A stretch of DNA of 64,000 nt from the human T2T-CHM13v2.0 reference genome, Homo sapiens. The DNA is taken from the NCBI RefSeq assembly GCF_009914755.1, contig NC_060940.1; one strand, given 5' to 3'. The notes under the pieces were generated by a model. The model was given only the letters and a program-made list of their open reading frames with translations. It was not told the origin of the DNA and did not search any database. Of this stretch, positions 1-15,542 are shown one piece after another. Within the stretch, counting starts at the first letter, position 1. Every line of letters begins with the position of its first letter. The translations under genes and the position numbers were made by a program.

Positions 1-194
1 CACTGACCTCCTCAAATGCTACACTACAAGAGAACTGGCTGAAAAATTATTCATGCTCAACAGATCCTTCCAAAGGCTGAAGTTCATTCAGGAAGTCAAG
101 ATTAGAGTGAGCCCTGCAGAATATAGGGTGAGAGAAACTGGGAAAATGGCGTGGGGAGATAATGGAAAGAAGGGTAGCTTCAGGAGAGGACTCA

Positions 195-1323
195 CTTTTT
201 TAAACTTTTATTTTAGGTTCGGGGTACATGTGCAGGCTTGTTATATAGGTAAACTTGTGTCATAGGGGGTTGATGTACAGATGATTTCATCACGCAGGTA
301 CCAAGCCCAGTACCCAATAGTTATTTTTTTCTGATCCTGTCCCTCCCCTCACTCTCCACCTTCTGATAAGCCCCAGTGTGTGTTGTTCCCCTCTGTGTCC
401 ACGTGATCTCATCAACTTAGCTCCCACTTATAAGTGAGAATATGCGGTATTTGGTTTTTTGTTCCCACATTAGTTTGCTAAGAATGATGGCCTCTAGCTC
501 CATCCATGTTCCTGTAAAGAATATGACTTCATTCTTTTTTATGGCTGTGTAGCATTCCATTGTGTATATGTACCACATTTTCTTCATCCGGTCTACCATT
601 GGCGGGCATTTAGGTTAAATGTATGTCTTTCCTATTGTGAACAGTGCTGCAGTGAACATATGCATGCATGTGTCTTTGCAATGGAATGATTTATATTTCT
701 TTGGGTATATACCCAGTAATGGGATTGCTGGGTTGAATGACAGTTTTGTTTTTAGCTCTTTGAGGAATAGCCATACTGCTTTCCACAATGGTTAATTTAC
801 ACTCCCACCAACAGTGTATAAGTGTTCCCTTTTCTCCACAACCTTGCCGGCACCTGTTATTTTTTTACTTTTTAATATAGCCATTAGCCATTCAGGGTTG
901 GGCACAGTGGCTCATGCCTGTAATCCCAGCATGGGAGGCCAAGGCAGGCAGATTTGAGGTCAGGAGTTCGAGACCAACCTGGTCAACATGGTGAAACCCC
1001 ATCTCTACTAAAAAAATTACAAAATTTAGCAGGACGTGGTGGCACACACCTGTAGTCCCAGCTACTCAGGAGGCTGAAGCAAGAGAATCGGTTGAACCTG
1101 GAAGGCAGAGTTTGCAGTGAGCTGAGATCGTGCCACTGCACTCCAGCCTAGGTGACAGAGTGAGACTCTGTCTCAAAAAATAATAATAATAATAGCCTTT
1201 CTGACAGATGTGAGATGATATTTCATTGTGGTTTTGATTTGCATTTCTCTAATCATCAGTGATATTGAGCTTTTTTCATATGCTTGTTGGCTGCATGTAT
1301 GTCTTTTTGTGAAAATGTTCATG
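195..1323 (-). mobile_element. 5'-truncated L1 (older L1PA/L1PB) 3' end, interrupted by an Alu
   Basis: Reverse complement of the L1 3' UTR (ttttattttaggttcggggtacatgtgcagg...). ORF 417-599 translates to L1 ORF2 C-terminus (KKMWYIYTMECYTAIKKNE). 13-bp TSD aggagaggactca at 182-194 and 1324-1336. Confidence 0.9.
896..1192 (+). mobile_element. AluS inside L1
   Basis: Alu dimer consensus with A/(AAT) tail. Confidence 0.93.
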
Positions 1324-1728
1324 AGGAGAGGACTCAATGTAGTTTCAGAAACACCGAAGAACTGTGTACACTTAAAAATGCAGCCTGAGTGTAAGGATGT
1401 AGCTTGGTAGTGCACAAAAACACTGCAATAACAGTATTGGTTTAGGTCCAAAACTTCTAATTAGGTGATAAAAGAAAGAGCAAGAGAAAAAGATAATTCT
1501 TTATGTGCTCACATAGCATCATACTCACAATATACTCTGTTTTGAGAGGGAAGGGAAGGACAGCTTGTAGTATAGAATGTACAGTATAATCTTGTTTATG
1601 TTTGCATAGAAAACTTTTCAAAGTCTGGAAAAATATACCCTAAACTGTTAATGGTAGGCATCTCTGAGAGGAGGGATCATAGTGAGATTTTACTTTCTCA
1701 CCAGTATTTTCATTTTTTATAATTATTC

Positions 1729-2009
1729 TGTCTTAGTCTGTTTGGCTGCTGTAACAAAAATATCACAAACTGGGTGGCTTATAAACAGCAAACATTCCAT
1801 GTCTCACAGTTCTAGAGGCTGAGAAGTCCAATATCACTGCCAGATTCAGTGCCTAGTGAGGTCCCATTCCTCACTGAGAGCAACTTTTAGCTGAGGTTTT
1901 GGCCTTCATGACCTAATCACCTACTGAAGGCCCCACTATTAATACCATCACACTGGGTTTAGGTTCCAACTTAGGAATTTGGGGAGACACCAATAATCAG
2001 ACCATAGCA
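1729..2009 (-). mobile_element. MaLR LTR (MST/MLT1A-type)
   Basis: tgtcttagtctgtttggctgctgtaacaaaa...accatagca are typical MaLR LTR ends. Confidence 0.75.
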
Positions 2010-2339
2010 GATTCTATATTGGGTTGACATGTGGCTAATATGCAGTATGTTTCACCAGCTGTGTGGGTATTTAAAATAATAAAATGCTTCTGTACTAGCT
2101 GGAGAAAGCCACTGTCCCAAGCCCCACAAGAACTCTCCCCAATCCACTCACGATCCAGCAGGTGAAGGGTTAACACCAAGTACATCCGGGAGCTTCCAGA
2201 TTCCCTAATATAATTCTAAGGGCAGGGTCCATTCAGCTTGATCTGTTTACAGGCTGGGAAAATTGTTAATTTTTAAAATATCGTCTTTTTCCCCTCCCCA
2301 AAAAAGTGGTGATTTTTTTTTTTTTTTTTAAACCTCATG

Positions 2340-2445
2340 TTGGCTCCAATCAGAATTGCATAATGACGCTCCTGCTGGAAGAATTTTAGAACATCGGTTC
2401 GCAATTTTTATTGCGGTCATGACTCACATGTCAAATGACTTTTAC
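2340..2445. promoter_or_regulatory. Candidate enhancer: bZIP motif cluster
   Basis: CCAAT 2346-2350, ATTGCATAAT (C/EBP-like) 2355-2364, TGACG 2364-2368, TGACTCA (AP-1) 2420-2426, CACATG 2425-2430 in non-repeat sequence. Confidence 0.35.
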
Positions 2446-2794
2446 ATAAAGGACTCACTCTCATAGGCTTACCCAAATTTTAAAAATGATTCTGGTTTGC
2501 ATTTCGCCCAGATGCAAGCTGCTGAATTGGGATTGCTACCCAAGACTCTCCCTGATGTCATGTCATGCACCTGAGTGTGCTCATTGTTTTCTGCAGGCCT
2601 GTGTCAGCTCCCTTCCTCCCACTTATTTCATACTTAGCCTCTGTTGCTTAATATTTCTTGTTATTATGTTCTGTCACCCTGACTGCTTTGTAAGCACTGT
2701 GAAGACATACAGTTGGGCAACTTTTTTTTTTTTTTTGGCCTCACTGTACCTAACCTACTGACTGGTTTGTAGTAGACCTTCAAGGATATTTATT

Positions 2795-3059
2795 GGCTGG
2801 TTCACATCTATAATCCCAGCACTTTGGGAGGCCGAGGTGGGAGAATTGCTTGAGCCCAGGAGTTTGAGACTAGCCTGGATGACATAGGGAGACCCTGTCT
2901 CTAAAAAAAAAAAAAAAAAAAAAAAAAACACAAAAAGTTAGCTGTGCATTGTGGCATGCAGCTGTGATCCCAGTTACTTAGGAGGCTGAGGTGGGAGGAT
3001 CATCTGAGCCTGGAGGTCGAGGCTGCAGTGAGCTATGATCGCGCCACTGCATTCTGGCC
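2795..3059 (+). mobile_element. AluJ (partial)
   Basis: AluJ-type sequence with expanded middle A-tract; 3' end missing. Confidence 0.88.
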
Positions 3060-3764
3060 CTATTTACTGCTATTGATACATGTTATTTGCAAAGGGATCC
3101 TCCTCCCTGGTTACTACCACAATTGTCACTGCATGGTTAGTGCTTGGACAATACAGAGCCTATTACTGGAGGCTTGAACAGGACTGGGGTGAGAAATACT
3201 CTCCCATCTTAAGGGGCAGAAATTATTTGTCTGCCTGTTTGTCACAATGGGCATGGCTTTTACAGACCTCTCTCATCCTTAATATTTTTATCTACTCTTT
3301 TCTGATAACAAATATTATTCCCTTTTCACCTAGAATGTTTGTCACAGGACAAAAACTCTTTACCCATCCCATATGCTTCGTGCCAGACATTAGAAACCAT
3401 CTTTGCTCTTAGCAGCTTCCCTGTGTCAGGAAGCCAAAGTGCCTCCAGCCAGATGAAAGTCTTCAGTATCCTGATGATTGGTCAGTGTATGGTTAATGAG
3501 GGTGATCCAAACCAACGTCATAAGAAAATCCCTCCAATTCCAGTGGTTTTGCTTATTTCTCATGCACATAAAGCACAGTGGGGGTGTATCTGATCAACAG
3601 GCAACTTTCTTCCACACAGTGATTCAGGGACCCAGGCTCTTTCCATCTTACAGTTCCACTTTTCCCTAAAGCTTTGGGATTATCTGCACTCCGCTGGCAG
3701 AGAAGGAAAGAGAAATAAAGAAGGAAAGAGGGTACCCACTTCTTAAAAAAAAAAAATCCTGACC

Positions 3765-3978
3765 TAACACATGGACGTAAAGATGGGAACAACAGACATT
3801 GGGGAATACAAAATGGAGGAGGGGCGAAGTGGGGCAAGATTTGAAAAACTACCTATTGGGTACTATCCTCACTACCTGGGTGACAGACTCATTTGTACTC
3901 CAAACTTCAGCATCACACAATACACTTTTACAATAAACCTGCACATGTACCTCTAAAATAAAAGTTGGGGGGAAAAAA
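3765..3978 (+). mobile_element. L1 3' end fragment (L1PA15/16/L1PB-type) within degenerate MLT1 sequence
   Basis: gaaaaactacctattgggtacta...aacctgcacatgtacctctaaaataaaagttg plus A tail. Confidence 0.8.
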
Positions 3979-4287
3979 AAGAAGAGAAACTCTCACAAAA
4001 CATAAATAAATAAGTAAAGCTAACCCAGAGGTAACACACATCACTTCTGCTCGTGTTCCTGTGATGAGAACTAATCACATGACTCCCTGCTGATGTGAGG
4101 GAAACTGGGAAATGGCATTGCTGGCCTAGAAGTTGCCTCACAGCAACCACTTCATGCTGTAGAAAGGGGATCAGGAATTTTTCGTGGATAGCTAGTCATC
4201 TGCCACAGCCAATGAATTGCAAAGGACTCAGATGATCTTCTACTTAGAATTAGAAAATCATCTAATGAGACTCTTAAGAAATCTCCA

Positions 4288-4893
<606 letters not shown>

Positions 4894-5589
4894 TATTCTT
4901 TCCAAGTCTCTTAACACTCCTGTTCCCTGTCACAGGATATAGGTTTTTATGCCAATGGGTAAAGACTTCGAACTGGGAGGGGATTATGCAGTGTGACAAG
5001 GTTATAACCTACATAAACCTTTAAATTAGGCTTTAAGCGTGGTCTGCTGCCATAAAGCTTGTGGGCATCGGGAAGCCAAGAAAGCATCCTACTATTCTTT
5101 GACTGAAATTAATCTCCATTCTCTATGTGACTGCTCTTCACCGGGGCATCGTGGTGCTATGATCAGCCACACTTCCTGTCCTTGAAGTCCGAATCAAGCC
5201 TGTGAAGGAAGCCTGGAGTAAACTCCCAGGACACATGTCTAATACAGCTATTTTCTTTTTTAAAATATAAGCAACTGCTATGGTTCCATAATGAACATTT
5301 TTATTTTTAAAGTACTTTATTTCATAGGGAAGAAATGTAATGCATTCTTTTCCCCCAAAATAATAAAGAAAATTGCTACTGGGAAAGGTTTGGCATTTGA
5401 AACCTAGTGGGAGATTTCTCCAGCAGATGGTTTAGTGGCAAAAAGCTTTTAAGAATTTCTGACTGCTAGAGAAAAAGGGAGAGGGAAGGTGGGGGTTGGG
5501 GGGAGATTGATTTGATGTGATAAAGAAAAGATGTATCCAAAGAAAGCAATTCTTATTCAAGTTCTGATGACTCAAATGATCCATAGACT

Positions 5590-5730
5590 AGATCACAGAT
5601 TCCAAAGCCTGACTGTGCATCAGAATAGCACGGGAAGCTCGTTTAAAATACCAATGGAATCAGAATATCTGTGGGTGGTGACCAGACATGCATATGTTTT
5701 CAAGCTCCATAGGTGATTCTGTTGAAATGC
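5590..5730. mobile_element. MER5A-like hAT MITE
   Basis: gcatcagaat...gaatcagaat...caagctcc..aggtgattctg pattern. Confidence 0.6.
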
Positions 5731-6208
5731 AGTGGCCTATCTCTTTGTTTAATTCTGATGGTAGCTACAGAGCTAGGCAGTACTATTAGCTTAGCAAATA
5801 TTTTGTACTCTTAACCACTTGGCTAGCATTTGCTGTATACCCAAGCCCACCAGCAGCAGGCTCTTTACTGGGTCTCTCATCTTTTTACAAAAAGCATTTG
5901 GATGATATACTTGAGAACCCCATGGATGAGGATGCCAATGCATTTGATTATTTCATTTGGAAGCAAGGGAGGCAAAATTCACAGCCAATCCACCCAGCAC
6001 TCTCTGCAGAGAATCACAGCTATGTTACAGCAAATAGCTCTGTTGAATACCTTTGGCTGCATCCCCTGGGAAGGCAGGATGGTGTCCTGGGAGGAGCAGA
6101 GACTGTAGCAGATTGGCTTTAACTCCCAGCACTGCTGCCTGCTAGCTGGGGGCCCAGGATATGTTCTTTCAACCCTGTTTGTTGTTTGTAAAACTGGAAA
6201 GAATTCTA

Positions 6209-6625
<417 letters not shown>

Positions 6626-7299
6626 TCAACTCACTACATTTCTTTTAACCTCCTTACCCCTGGAAAGAGGAGAACCAATTAGCAACAGCTAAGAAAAGAC
6701 ATTCACGTTTTCCCAGTACTCCTGAATTTTCTACAGAAGTGTTATCCAGGATAGAATTTGGAGACAGACGTCCTTCTCTATTTTCCTTTATGGAAGTTGG
6801 CTACCACTGTATAGACACTTACCTCCAGTCCCAGGTGTGACCCCAACCAGAAAGCCTCTCCTAAAACATGGGACCAATCCTGGGAAATGCCAGATATGGC
6901 TTTTGTAACTTAGGTAATAGAAATGATCTCTGTGAGTCCCACATGATCAAATACAAAATTATACAGGATTCAAATTAATCACATGGACAGGCATAAAACA
7001 CCAGACTCTAAATATTATTTACCCAGCATCAAGCAGATGTTTGTTTCCAAAGCTACAATCTCCTCTAATTGGCTGATGCTGTGCTGCATAGACTCCAATG
7101 CAAGCTTATGTTCTATAATGAATGACAAATGCCTAGAAGAATCCTCTGTGAATTGGCAGCCTCCTCCTCTAGCATGCAAATTATGCCGAAATCCCATCAG
7201 CAGATGCAGATAAGCTCATCTGCATGATTGGCAAACTAGTGGATAAACACACCCCAGGATTCATTGTCCAAATTCAATTTGGTGGTTTCATCTCCATTT

Positions 7300-7720
7300 T
7301 CAGTGATCATTTATTTGTTAATTTATTCATTAGCCAACATGATGAAGCAGCTATTCGGAAACAGGCACTGTCTTAGGCTTTAGGAATACAAAGGTAAATA
7401 AAGATATGGTCTCTTCCTTCAAGAAGTCCACAATGAAGGAAGTGAGACGAGGCCGGGAAAGAAAACGAACTAGGAACAAGTACAAAACTAGAGATATGGG
7501 CAAATGTCAGTGGTGATACAGAGGAGGGGTGATCAACTCTACCTACAGGGGTTGGAGATGGTGCCACAGATTTTCATGGTGTAGCTTAGAGGAAGATGTT
7601 AGCTAGACAGACAAACTGTAGAAAGGGGGGTTTCCATCAAGAGTGTTCTCTTGCTGTTGCAAGAACACTTGACGACGTGCGTCCTGTTCTGGGAACCACA
7701 GGAGTTTTATCTGGCTAAAG
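7300..7720 (+). mobile_element. L2 fragment
   Basis: atttattcatt...aggcactgtcttaggct..aggaataca...ggtctct.ccttcaagaag pattern. Confidence 0.55.
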
Positions 7721-7771
7721 CAGAAGGTGCCAGTGTCTGTTCTATTTTGGCTCCTTTAAAAATCCACCCAA

Positions 7772-8070
7772 GGCCAGCTGTTGTGGCTCATGCCTGTAAT
7801 CCCAACACTTTGGGAGGCCGAGGTGAGAGGATCGCTTGAGGCCAGGAGTTTAGGACCAGCCTGGGCAACATAGCAAGACATCCCCATCTCTACAAAACAT
7901 AAAAAATTAGCTAAGCATGGTGAGGTGTGCCTGTAGGCCCAGCTACAGGGAGGCTGAGGCAAGAGAATCCCTTAAGCCCAGGAATTCAAGGCTACAATGA
8001 GCTACGATCTCACGTCACTGCACTCCAGCATGAGTGACAAAGTGAGATCCTGTCTCTAAATAAATAAATA
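7772..8070 (+). mobile_element. AluJ
   Basis: Alu consensus; aaaatccaccca repeated on both flanks. Confidence 0.92.
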
Positions 8071-8725
8071 ATTTTTTAAATTAAATAAGTATAAATAAAA
8101 AGCTTTTAAAAATAAAATCCACCCAGGTGGACATGTAAACTGCACAACCCCTTTGAAAGGCAGCATGGCTATGTCTATTGAAATTTAAAATGTGCCTGTC
8201 TCTGTAATAATTACGGAGGCAATGGATTCAGGTCCTCATGGCCCAGTTAGTTTTTCTCTGTCTCACAAGCATAATTATACATTTCCTCCACAAAATGTGC
8301 GATCACGAGGGAAAAAAAAAATCTTGGATGGGTTAACAGAGGTTCATATTCATTATGGAAATACATTACGATTGTGTTTTCTTTCCAAGGTCTGTTGTCC
8401 TAACAAGATCTTAAGCATTGTGAGAAGAAAGGCTGTGCCTGTTCTGTGAATCCTGTTATCAGCAGTGCCTAAGATAATGCCACCACACAAGACCTTAGCA
8501 AATATTTAGTACAGACATACATACTTGGATAACTAAATGAATGAATAAAACATCTCAAAGCCTAAATCTACAAAAATTTTAAAAAATAATAAAATGCTTA
8601 TGTCTTGTTTGTAGTAGCAAAAGATCAGGGAAAAGTGATCTATAAGAGACTAGTTAAAAAAATTATAGCACATCTATGTAAAGAAATACTATGTAAATTA
8701 AATACTATGTAAAAAGGCATGAGTT

Positions 8726-9044
<319 letters not shown>

Positions 9045-9121
9045 CTATAGTTATAGAAGATTTATGGTTATGGGAAGAGCTCCAAGATATATTATCAAGT
9101 GAAAAAAAGTGAAATAAAGAA

Positions 9122-9123
<2 letters not shown>

Positions 9124-9170
<47 letters not shown>
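9124..9170. repeat. (AT)n microsatellite
   Basis: About 23 perfect AT units. Confidence 0.98.
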
Positions 9171-9173
<3 letters not shown>

Positions 9174-9833
9174 TGGTATCTTTTGTGTAAGAAAGAAGAG
9201 AAAATAGGAATACATGTTCTTCTTTGCTTTGTTTTCATAAAGGAACTGTGGAGGTATACACAACAAATTAATATCTACAGGGGTGAGAGAAGGGAAAATA
9301 GATTAGGAAAAAGATGGGGGAAAGACTTTGTGACATATATCTTGCATATCATTTTTTATTTTTGAATTAACTAAATGTGTGACCTATTCAAAAAGGAGAA
9401 CTTAATTTTAACATGGGCCTGCCTCATGGCCCAGAAATTTCAGTCTTGGTATCAACCATAGAGAATCACTCACACATGTGCATAAGGAGGTATATAGAAG
9501 GATATTTGTTGTAGTACTGCTTATTATAGAGGAAAACACAGTAGAAATAACCAAAATGTCCATTAATGGAGTTACAGAATAAACTGTGGCACGTTCATAC
9601 TTTGAATATTATGCAGGAGTTAAAACCACGAGGTAGATGTATGTCTACTAACATGGACAAATCTCCAAGATTTACTATTGCGTAAGAAAAATCGAGAATG
9701 GTGATTGTCAGGGGCAAGGGGAGGGGAAAGCGATGGGCAGATGTAGGTCAAAGGGTACAAAGCTTCAGTTAGGAATAAGTTCAGGAGATCCATTGCATAG
9801 CATGGTGACTATAGTTAATAATAACGTATTGTA

Positions 9834-10177
<344 letters not shown>

Positions 10178-10187
10178 CTAAGAGTAG

Positions 10188-10493
<306 letters not shown>

Positions 10494-10616
10494 TAAATGT
10501 TCTCACAACAAAAAAAAATAAGTCTGTGAGGTGGTAAATATGTTAATTAGGTTGATTTAGCCATCCCACAATGTATACATATATCAAAACATCACACTGT
10601 ACACCATAAACATACA

Positions 10617-10910
10617 ATTTTTTTTCTGTGACAAGGTCTCTCTCTGTCGCCCAGGCTAGAGTGCAGTGGCACAATCATCACTCACTGCAGCTTTGAACTC
10701 CTGGGCTTAAGCGATTCTCCAGACTCAGCCTCCTGAGTAGCTGGCACCACAGGCACATGCCACCATGCCCAGCTACTTTTTGTATTTTTTGTAGGGACAA
10801 GGTCTCACCATGTTGCCCAGGCTGGTCTGAAACTCCTGAACTCAAGCTGTCCTCCCACCTTGGCCTCGTAAAGTGCTGGGACTACAGGCGTGAGCCACCA
10901 CACATGGTCA
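10617..10910 (-). mobile_element. AluJ
   Basis: Reverse Alu consensus. Confidence 0.9.
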
Positions 10911-11070
10911 ACATTTACAATTTTTATTTGTCAACTAGACAACAAGTAAAAGAAAAATGTGCAAAAATATATAATACATTAATGTCACACACATACATCA
11001 ATACAGAGCTTTATAAGCTGAAACAATTCACATCAAACTGGCAACAGTGCTTGTTTCTCGAGATTATCTA

Positions 11071-11287
11071 GGAGAGTGGTTGGTAAACCTCTTTTGTAAA
11101 AAGCCAGATAGTAAATATTTTAGGCTCTGCAGGCCTTAGGGGCTCTGTCATGACTAATCAGCAATTCCTTTGGAGTGTGAATGCAGCCACAGATAATATA
11201 CAAATGAATGAGCTGTGTTTTAATAAAACTTTATTTCAATAAAGACAGCGAGCCAGATTGGGCCTGCAGTAGTTTTCCAACTCCTGG
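11071..11287 (+). mobile_element. MER58A-like hAT MITE
   Basis: ggttggtaaac...gccagatagtaaatattttaggct...gcagtagttttccaactcctg. Confidence 0.75.
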
Positions 11288-11483
11288 TCTGGAGAACCAA
11301 GAGGAGAGGTGTGAAGCCTCTCATGTTTAATTTTTTTTTTTTTTTTTTTTACAGGGAGAATGAAAGCATCTCTTACATATGTAATTAAAATGAATTTGAA
11401 ACAAAGATGTGGGTGTATTAGTCTGCTTAGGCTGCTAAAAGAAAATAGTACAGACTGCGTGGCTTTAAAAACAGACATTTGTT

Positions 11484-11800
11484 AGCCAGGTGCAGTGGCT
11501 CACGCCTGTAATCTCAGCACTTTGGGAGGCTAAGCTGGGTGGATCATTTGAGGTCAGGAGTTCAAGACCAGCCTAGCCAACATGGTGAAACCCCATCTCT
11601 ACTAAAAATACAAAAAAAAATTAGCCAGGCGTGGTGGCGTATGCCTGTAGTCCCAGCTACTCAGGAGGCTGAGGTAGGAGAATCACTTAAACTCGGGAGG
11701 TGGAGGTTGCAGTTAGCCAAGATCACACCACTGTACCCCAGCCTGGGTGACAGAGCGAGACTCTGTCTCAGAAAAAAAAACAAAAAACAAAAAACAAAAA
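11484..11800 (+). mobile_element. AluS
   Basis: Full Alu; aaaaacagacattt on both sides. Confidence 0.95.
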
Positions 11801-11900
11801 CAGACATTTATTTTCTCACCTTCTGGAGGTTAAAAGTCCATGATCAAGGTGCCAGGGTTGGTTTCTATAATTTCATAAATACATACATACAAGATTGACT

Positions 11901-12043
<143 letters not shown>

Positions 12044-13216
12044 TAGTGAGCCCTTTCTTCCTGGTTTGCAGACAGCTGACTTCCCACTGTATCCTCACAT
12101 TGTCTTTTCTCTGTGCTTACACAAAGAGGGAGGGGAAGAGGTGCTCTCTAGTATCTATGCTTCTTCTTCTAAGGACATCAGTCCTATTAGATTAGGGCCC
12201 CACCCTTATGACCTCGTTTAACCTTAATTACCTCCCTAAATGACCTATATCCAAATACAGTCAAACTGGGGGTTAAGGCTTCAACATATAAATTTAGGAA
12301 GGACACAGTTCTGTCCATAACAATGGGCCATGACTTGTATCCTGTAACAACAACACACAGGCTCCTTTTCTCAGAATCCTGGACAAATCAGTCAAGATCA
12401 TGATGATTCCCAAAATGAGGAGGCCCAGCCAGAGATTATACCTTCCTCCTCTAATTTTCTTCTCCTTCTCCCTAAGGGTGTACTGTTGTCCTGCTCTAAG
12501 AAGTCTTTGCCCCACCACTCGCTTTCCCTTGGATATCTCCTTACCTGTTAGACATCCTAGAAAAGGGTGCATTGAGAAATAACTATGGCAATAGACCCAG
12601 ACCCCCTTTGGTTGACCTGTAGCAGCACAAAGCAGGCCTCTAATTCCCCAACTTTGAAGAAAGAAAGAGACACAGGACCAGAGCCTGATGAGGGGTAATA
12701 AGGTGAAGACCTTCAAACTTCTAAGGTCTAAGTATTTTTTTCAACATGTATTTAGGAAGACACTGGGCCTATCAGGGGAAAGGGAGAGACGATGGGTGTG
12801 TGTTGACAATGCACAGCCTCTCCTATGCATCCTCAGCAATTCCTCTCTGATCCGACTGCATGCCCCAGTCAGCAAAACCAAAGCCCCAAAATCAATAAGG
12901 CCCCTTACAAGGCCAATTAGCAGCCACCTGTGATTCTACTAAGATCATACCCCCTTCTGCAAAGAAAGGAGAGGTTCCCATTCCCTGTCCCAAAGATGTG
13001 AGAGTTGGATTCTTTCCAGCTGCATTTGGTAGTCTCCCAGAGTGTTCCCATGGGTAAAATGTTCTCCTCTCATCACATTTCCGGAACTTTTTAGCATCAT
13101 AGACATATTTTAATGTCCTTTATAAGCGAACATTGCATGCAGCGGCCTGGCTGGCCCATCCCATAATCCAGCATTGAAGGAACGTAAGGACTTAAAGGTG
13201 AGAAAGACACAATCAT

Positions 13217-13525
<309 letters not shown>

Positions 13526-13542
13526 ACACAATCTTTCTTAAA

Positions 13543-13646
13543 GTCTCTCTGTCTCTCTCTCTCTCTCTCCCCGCAACCCCCTCCCCACCCCACCACCCCC
13601 CCACCGGCTCGCTCTCTCTCTCTCTCCTCTCTCTCTCACCCCCCTC
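13543..13646. repeat. (CT)n / C-rich low-complexity tract
   Basis: ctctct...ccccacccc...ctctct. Confidence 0.85.
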
Positions 13647-13835
13647 TGAATTTGGCTAACCTTCTATACTGGGACTAGCTCTACCTGTCTGGAGCTCATC
13701 TTGTTGGTGTAAGATGGAGAGTATTCTTCACAAGTCCATGCATCCACCCTCTTTAGGTGAGCCAGCCTCTTTGGAGTAGTAATGCCCAAGTTTCATGGGC
13801 TTCTTGTTCTTTGTAAGTATACAGTGATTGATCCT

Positions 13836-14216
13836 CGTGAGATTACTTAACAGTGTGTGTCTGCTGGTGGAACCCTAAAGGCTGGGCAGTGGGCCAAGGT
13901 CATAGCACCCAGCCAACGAGCAGGTGTCCCTGACAACCCAAACATCCCACAGCATATCTGGGATTATACCAAGAGAAAGTCTCATTGTATGCAATAGGTA
14001 AAGAGCCAAAACAGGTAGCTTAATAGCAGCTTACAGACAGGAGGCGGGTGGGTCTCTGGAGCTGTCTTGCCGCCACCCAGGAGTACCCTGTATGTAAGTC
14101 CCAATAAACTCATCTACTCATCAAGCTGGACTGGTCCGAGTCATTCTTTGGTCTCTTGGCTCCTTCCCAGTTTGGGGGGACATTTTTTCATACAGTACCA
14201 GGTTTTTCTCATAACA
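13836..14216 (+). mobile_element. Solo LTR (LTR47-like; family tentative)
   Basis: Ends ...ggtttttctcataaca, has AATAAA at ~14103, and a 4-bp TCCT on both flanks (13832-35, 14217-20). Confidence 0.65.
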
Positions 14217-14969
14217 TCCTGTGGCTCAGAGGCAGGGGTACTTTCTTCTTCACTGTTGCCTCTCATCTATAGTTGCAAAATAAACTTACACCCAGATTAC
14301 CTCTCCCTGTCAAGGAACTAGATCAGGTATTTTTATAGTGCTGCTTGACCAAATGAAAAAGAGAAGAATCTAGAATAGCTTGGAAATTTCTGGGCTGGGT
14401 CTCATTACCCAAGCTAGGAAAATACAAGAAGGTCCTGGGCTAAGGCAAGGAAAGAGGCGATGATTTGTTCTCTTTGGGGCTATGGTAAATTTGAGGCACA
14501 TCTAGGATATCCAAGTAGAGTGTCAGATGTTCAAATCTAGAGCTTGGCCCTAGAGAAAAACCCACATCAAAAAAGGGACAAAGAATATGATCACTCAGTT
14601 CACAGAAAAGGACAAAAACAGCTCTTAAATATAGAAAAAGATGTTCAACCTCACTCATAATATAAGAAATGCAAATTGACTACCTGGATAACATTTCTCA
14701 CCTATCAAATTGGAAAAAACCCAAACGTTTGGTAACACATTTTGTTGATAAGGGCTGTGGGGAAACAGGAATGCTTCTACATTGCTGGTGAGGATTTAAT
14801 TTCATATAATCACTCTGAAGAGCAATTTGGCACTCCAGTGAAATTATGAATGTACATATCCTTTATTCCAAAAATTCCACTTTGGAGAATTTATCCTAAG
14901 GATATACATGCACAACTGTGAATTGTATTTGCACGAAATTACTCATTACAACATCATTTGTAATGCAAG

Positions 14970-15006
14970 TGTATTAGTCAGGGTCCTCGAGAGAAACAGA
15001 CCAACA

Positions 15007-15043
<37 letters not shown>

Positions 15044-15542
15044 GTTGGTTCTGTTTCTCTAGAGAACCCTGACTAATACAAATGTGTATGTATAAGTACA
15101 TGCATATATATGTGAGTGTGTGTTTGAAGAGGAGAGAGAGAAAGGGACAGAGAGAAAGAGAATATAAGGAAATGGCTCACACAATTATGGAAGCTGAGAA
15201 GTCCAGACCCAAGAGAACCGATGCAGTAAGTTCTATCCAAGTCTGATGCAGTAAGTTCTATCCAAGTCCATGTCTGAAGGCAAAATAAGACTGATGTCTC
15301 AGCTCAAAGACAGGCAGAGAAAGAGCCTTACTTAGCCTTTTATTTTATTCAGGCCTTCAATAGATTTGATGAGGGGCACCCACAGTAGAAGACAGTTTGC
15401 TTGATTGATTCAGTCGATCAATTCAAATGTTAATCTCATCCAGAAACACCCTCATGTCAAACACACCCAGAAATAATATAACCAAACATCTGGGCAGCCT
15501 GTGGCCCAGTCAAGGTGACACATAAAATTATCCAACATGACA
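14970..15542 (-). mobile_element. MLT2 (ERVL) LTR with internal fold-back and (AC)n
   Basis: tgtattagtcagggt...ggctcacacaattatggaagctg...aatgttaatctcatccagaaacaccctca...cataaaatta. Confidence 0.85.

Noticed and set aside
5477-5503. G-run cluster (potential G-quadruplex)
   Set aside because: Such motifs are common in human DNA and there is no promoter or transcript context.
5898-6122. 74-aa ORF with protein-like acidic start (DDILENPMDEDANAFDY)
   Set aside because: TTG start, no recognisable homology, no convincing splice or promoter context. A BLASTX/Dfam search would settle it.
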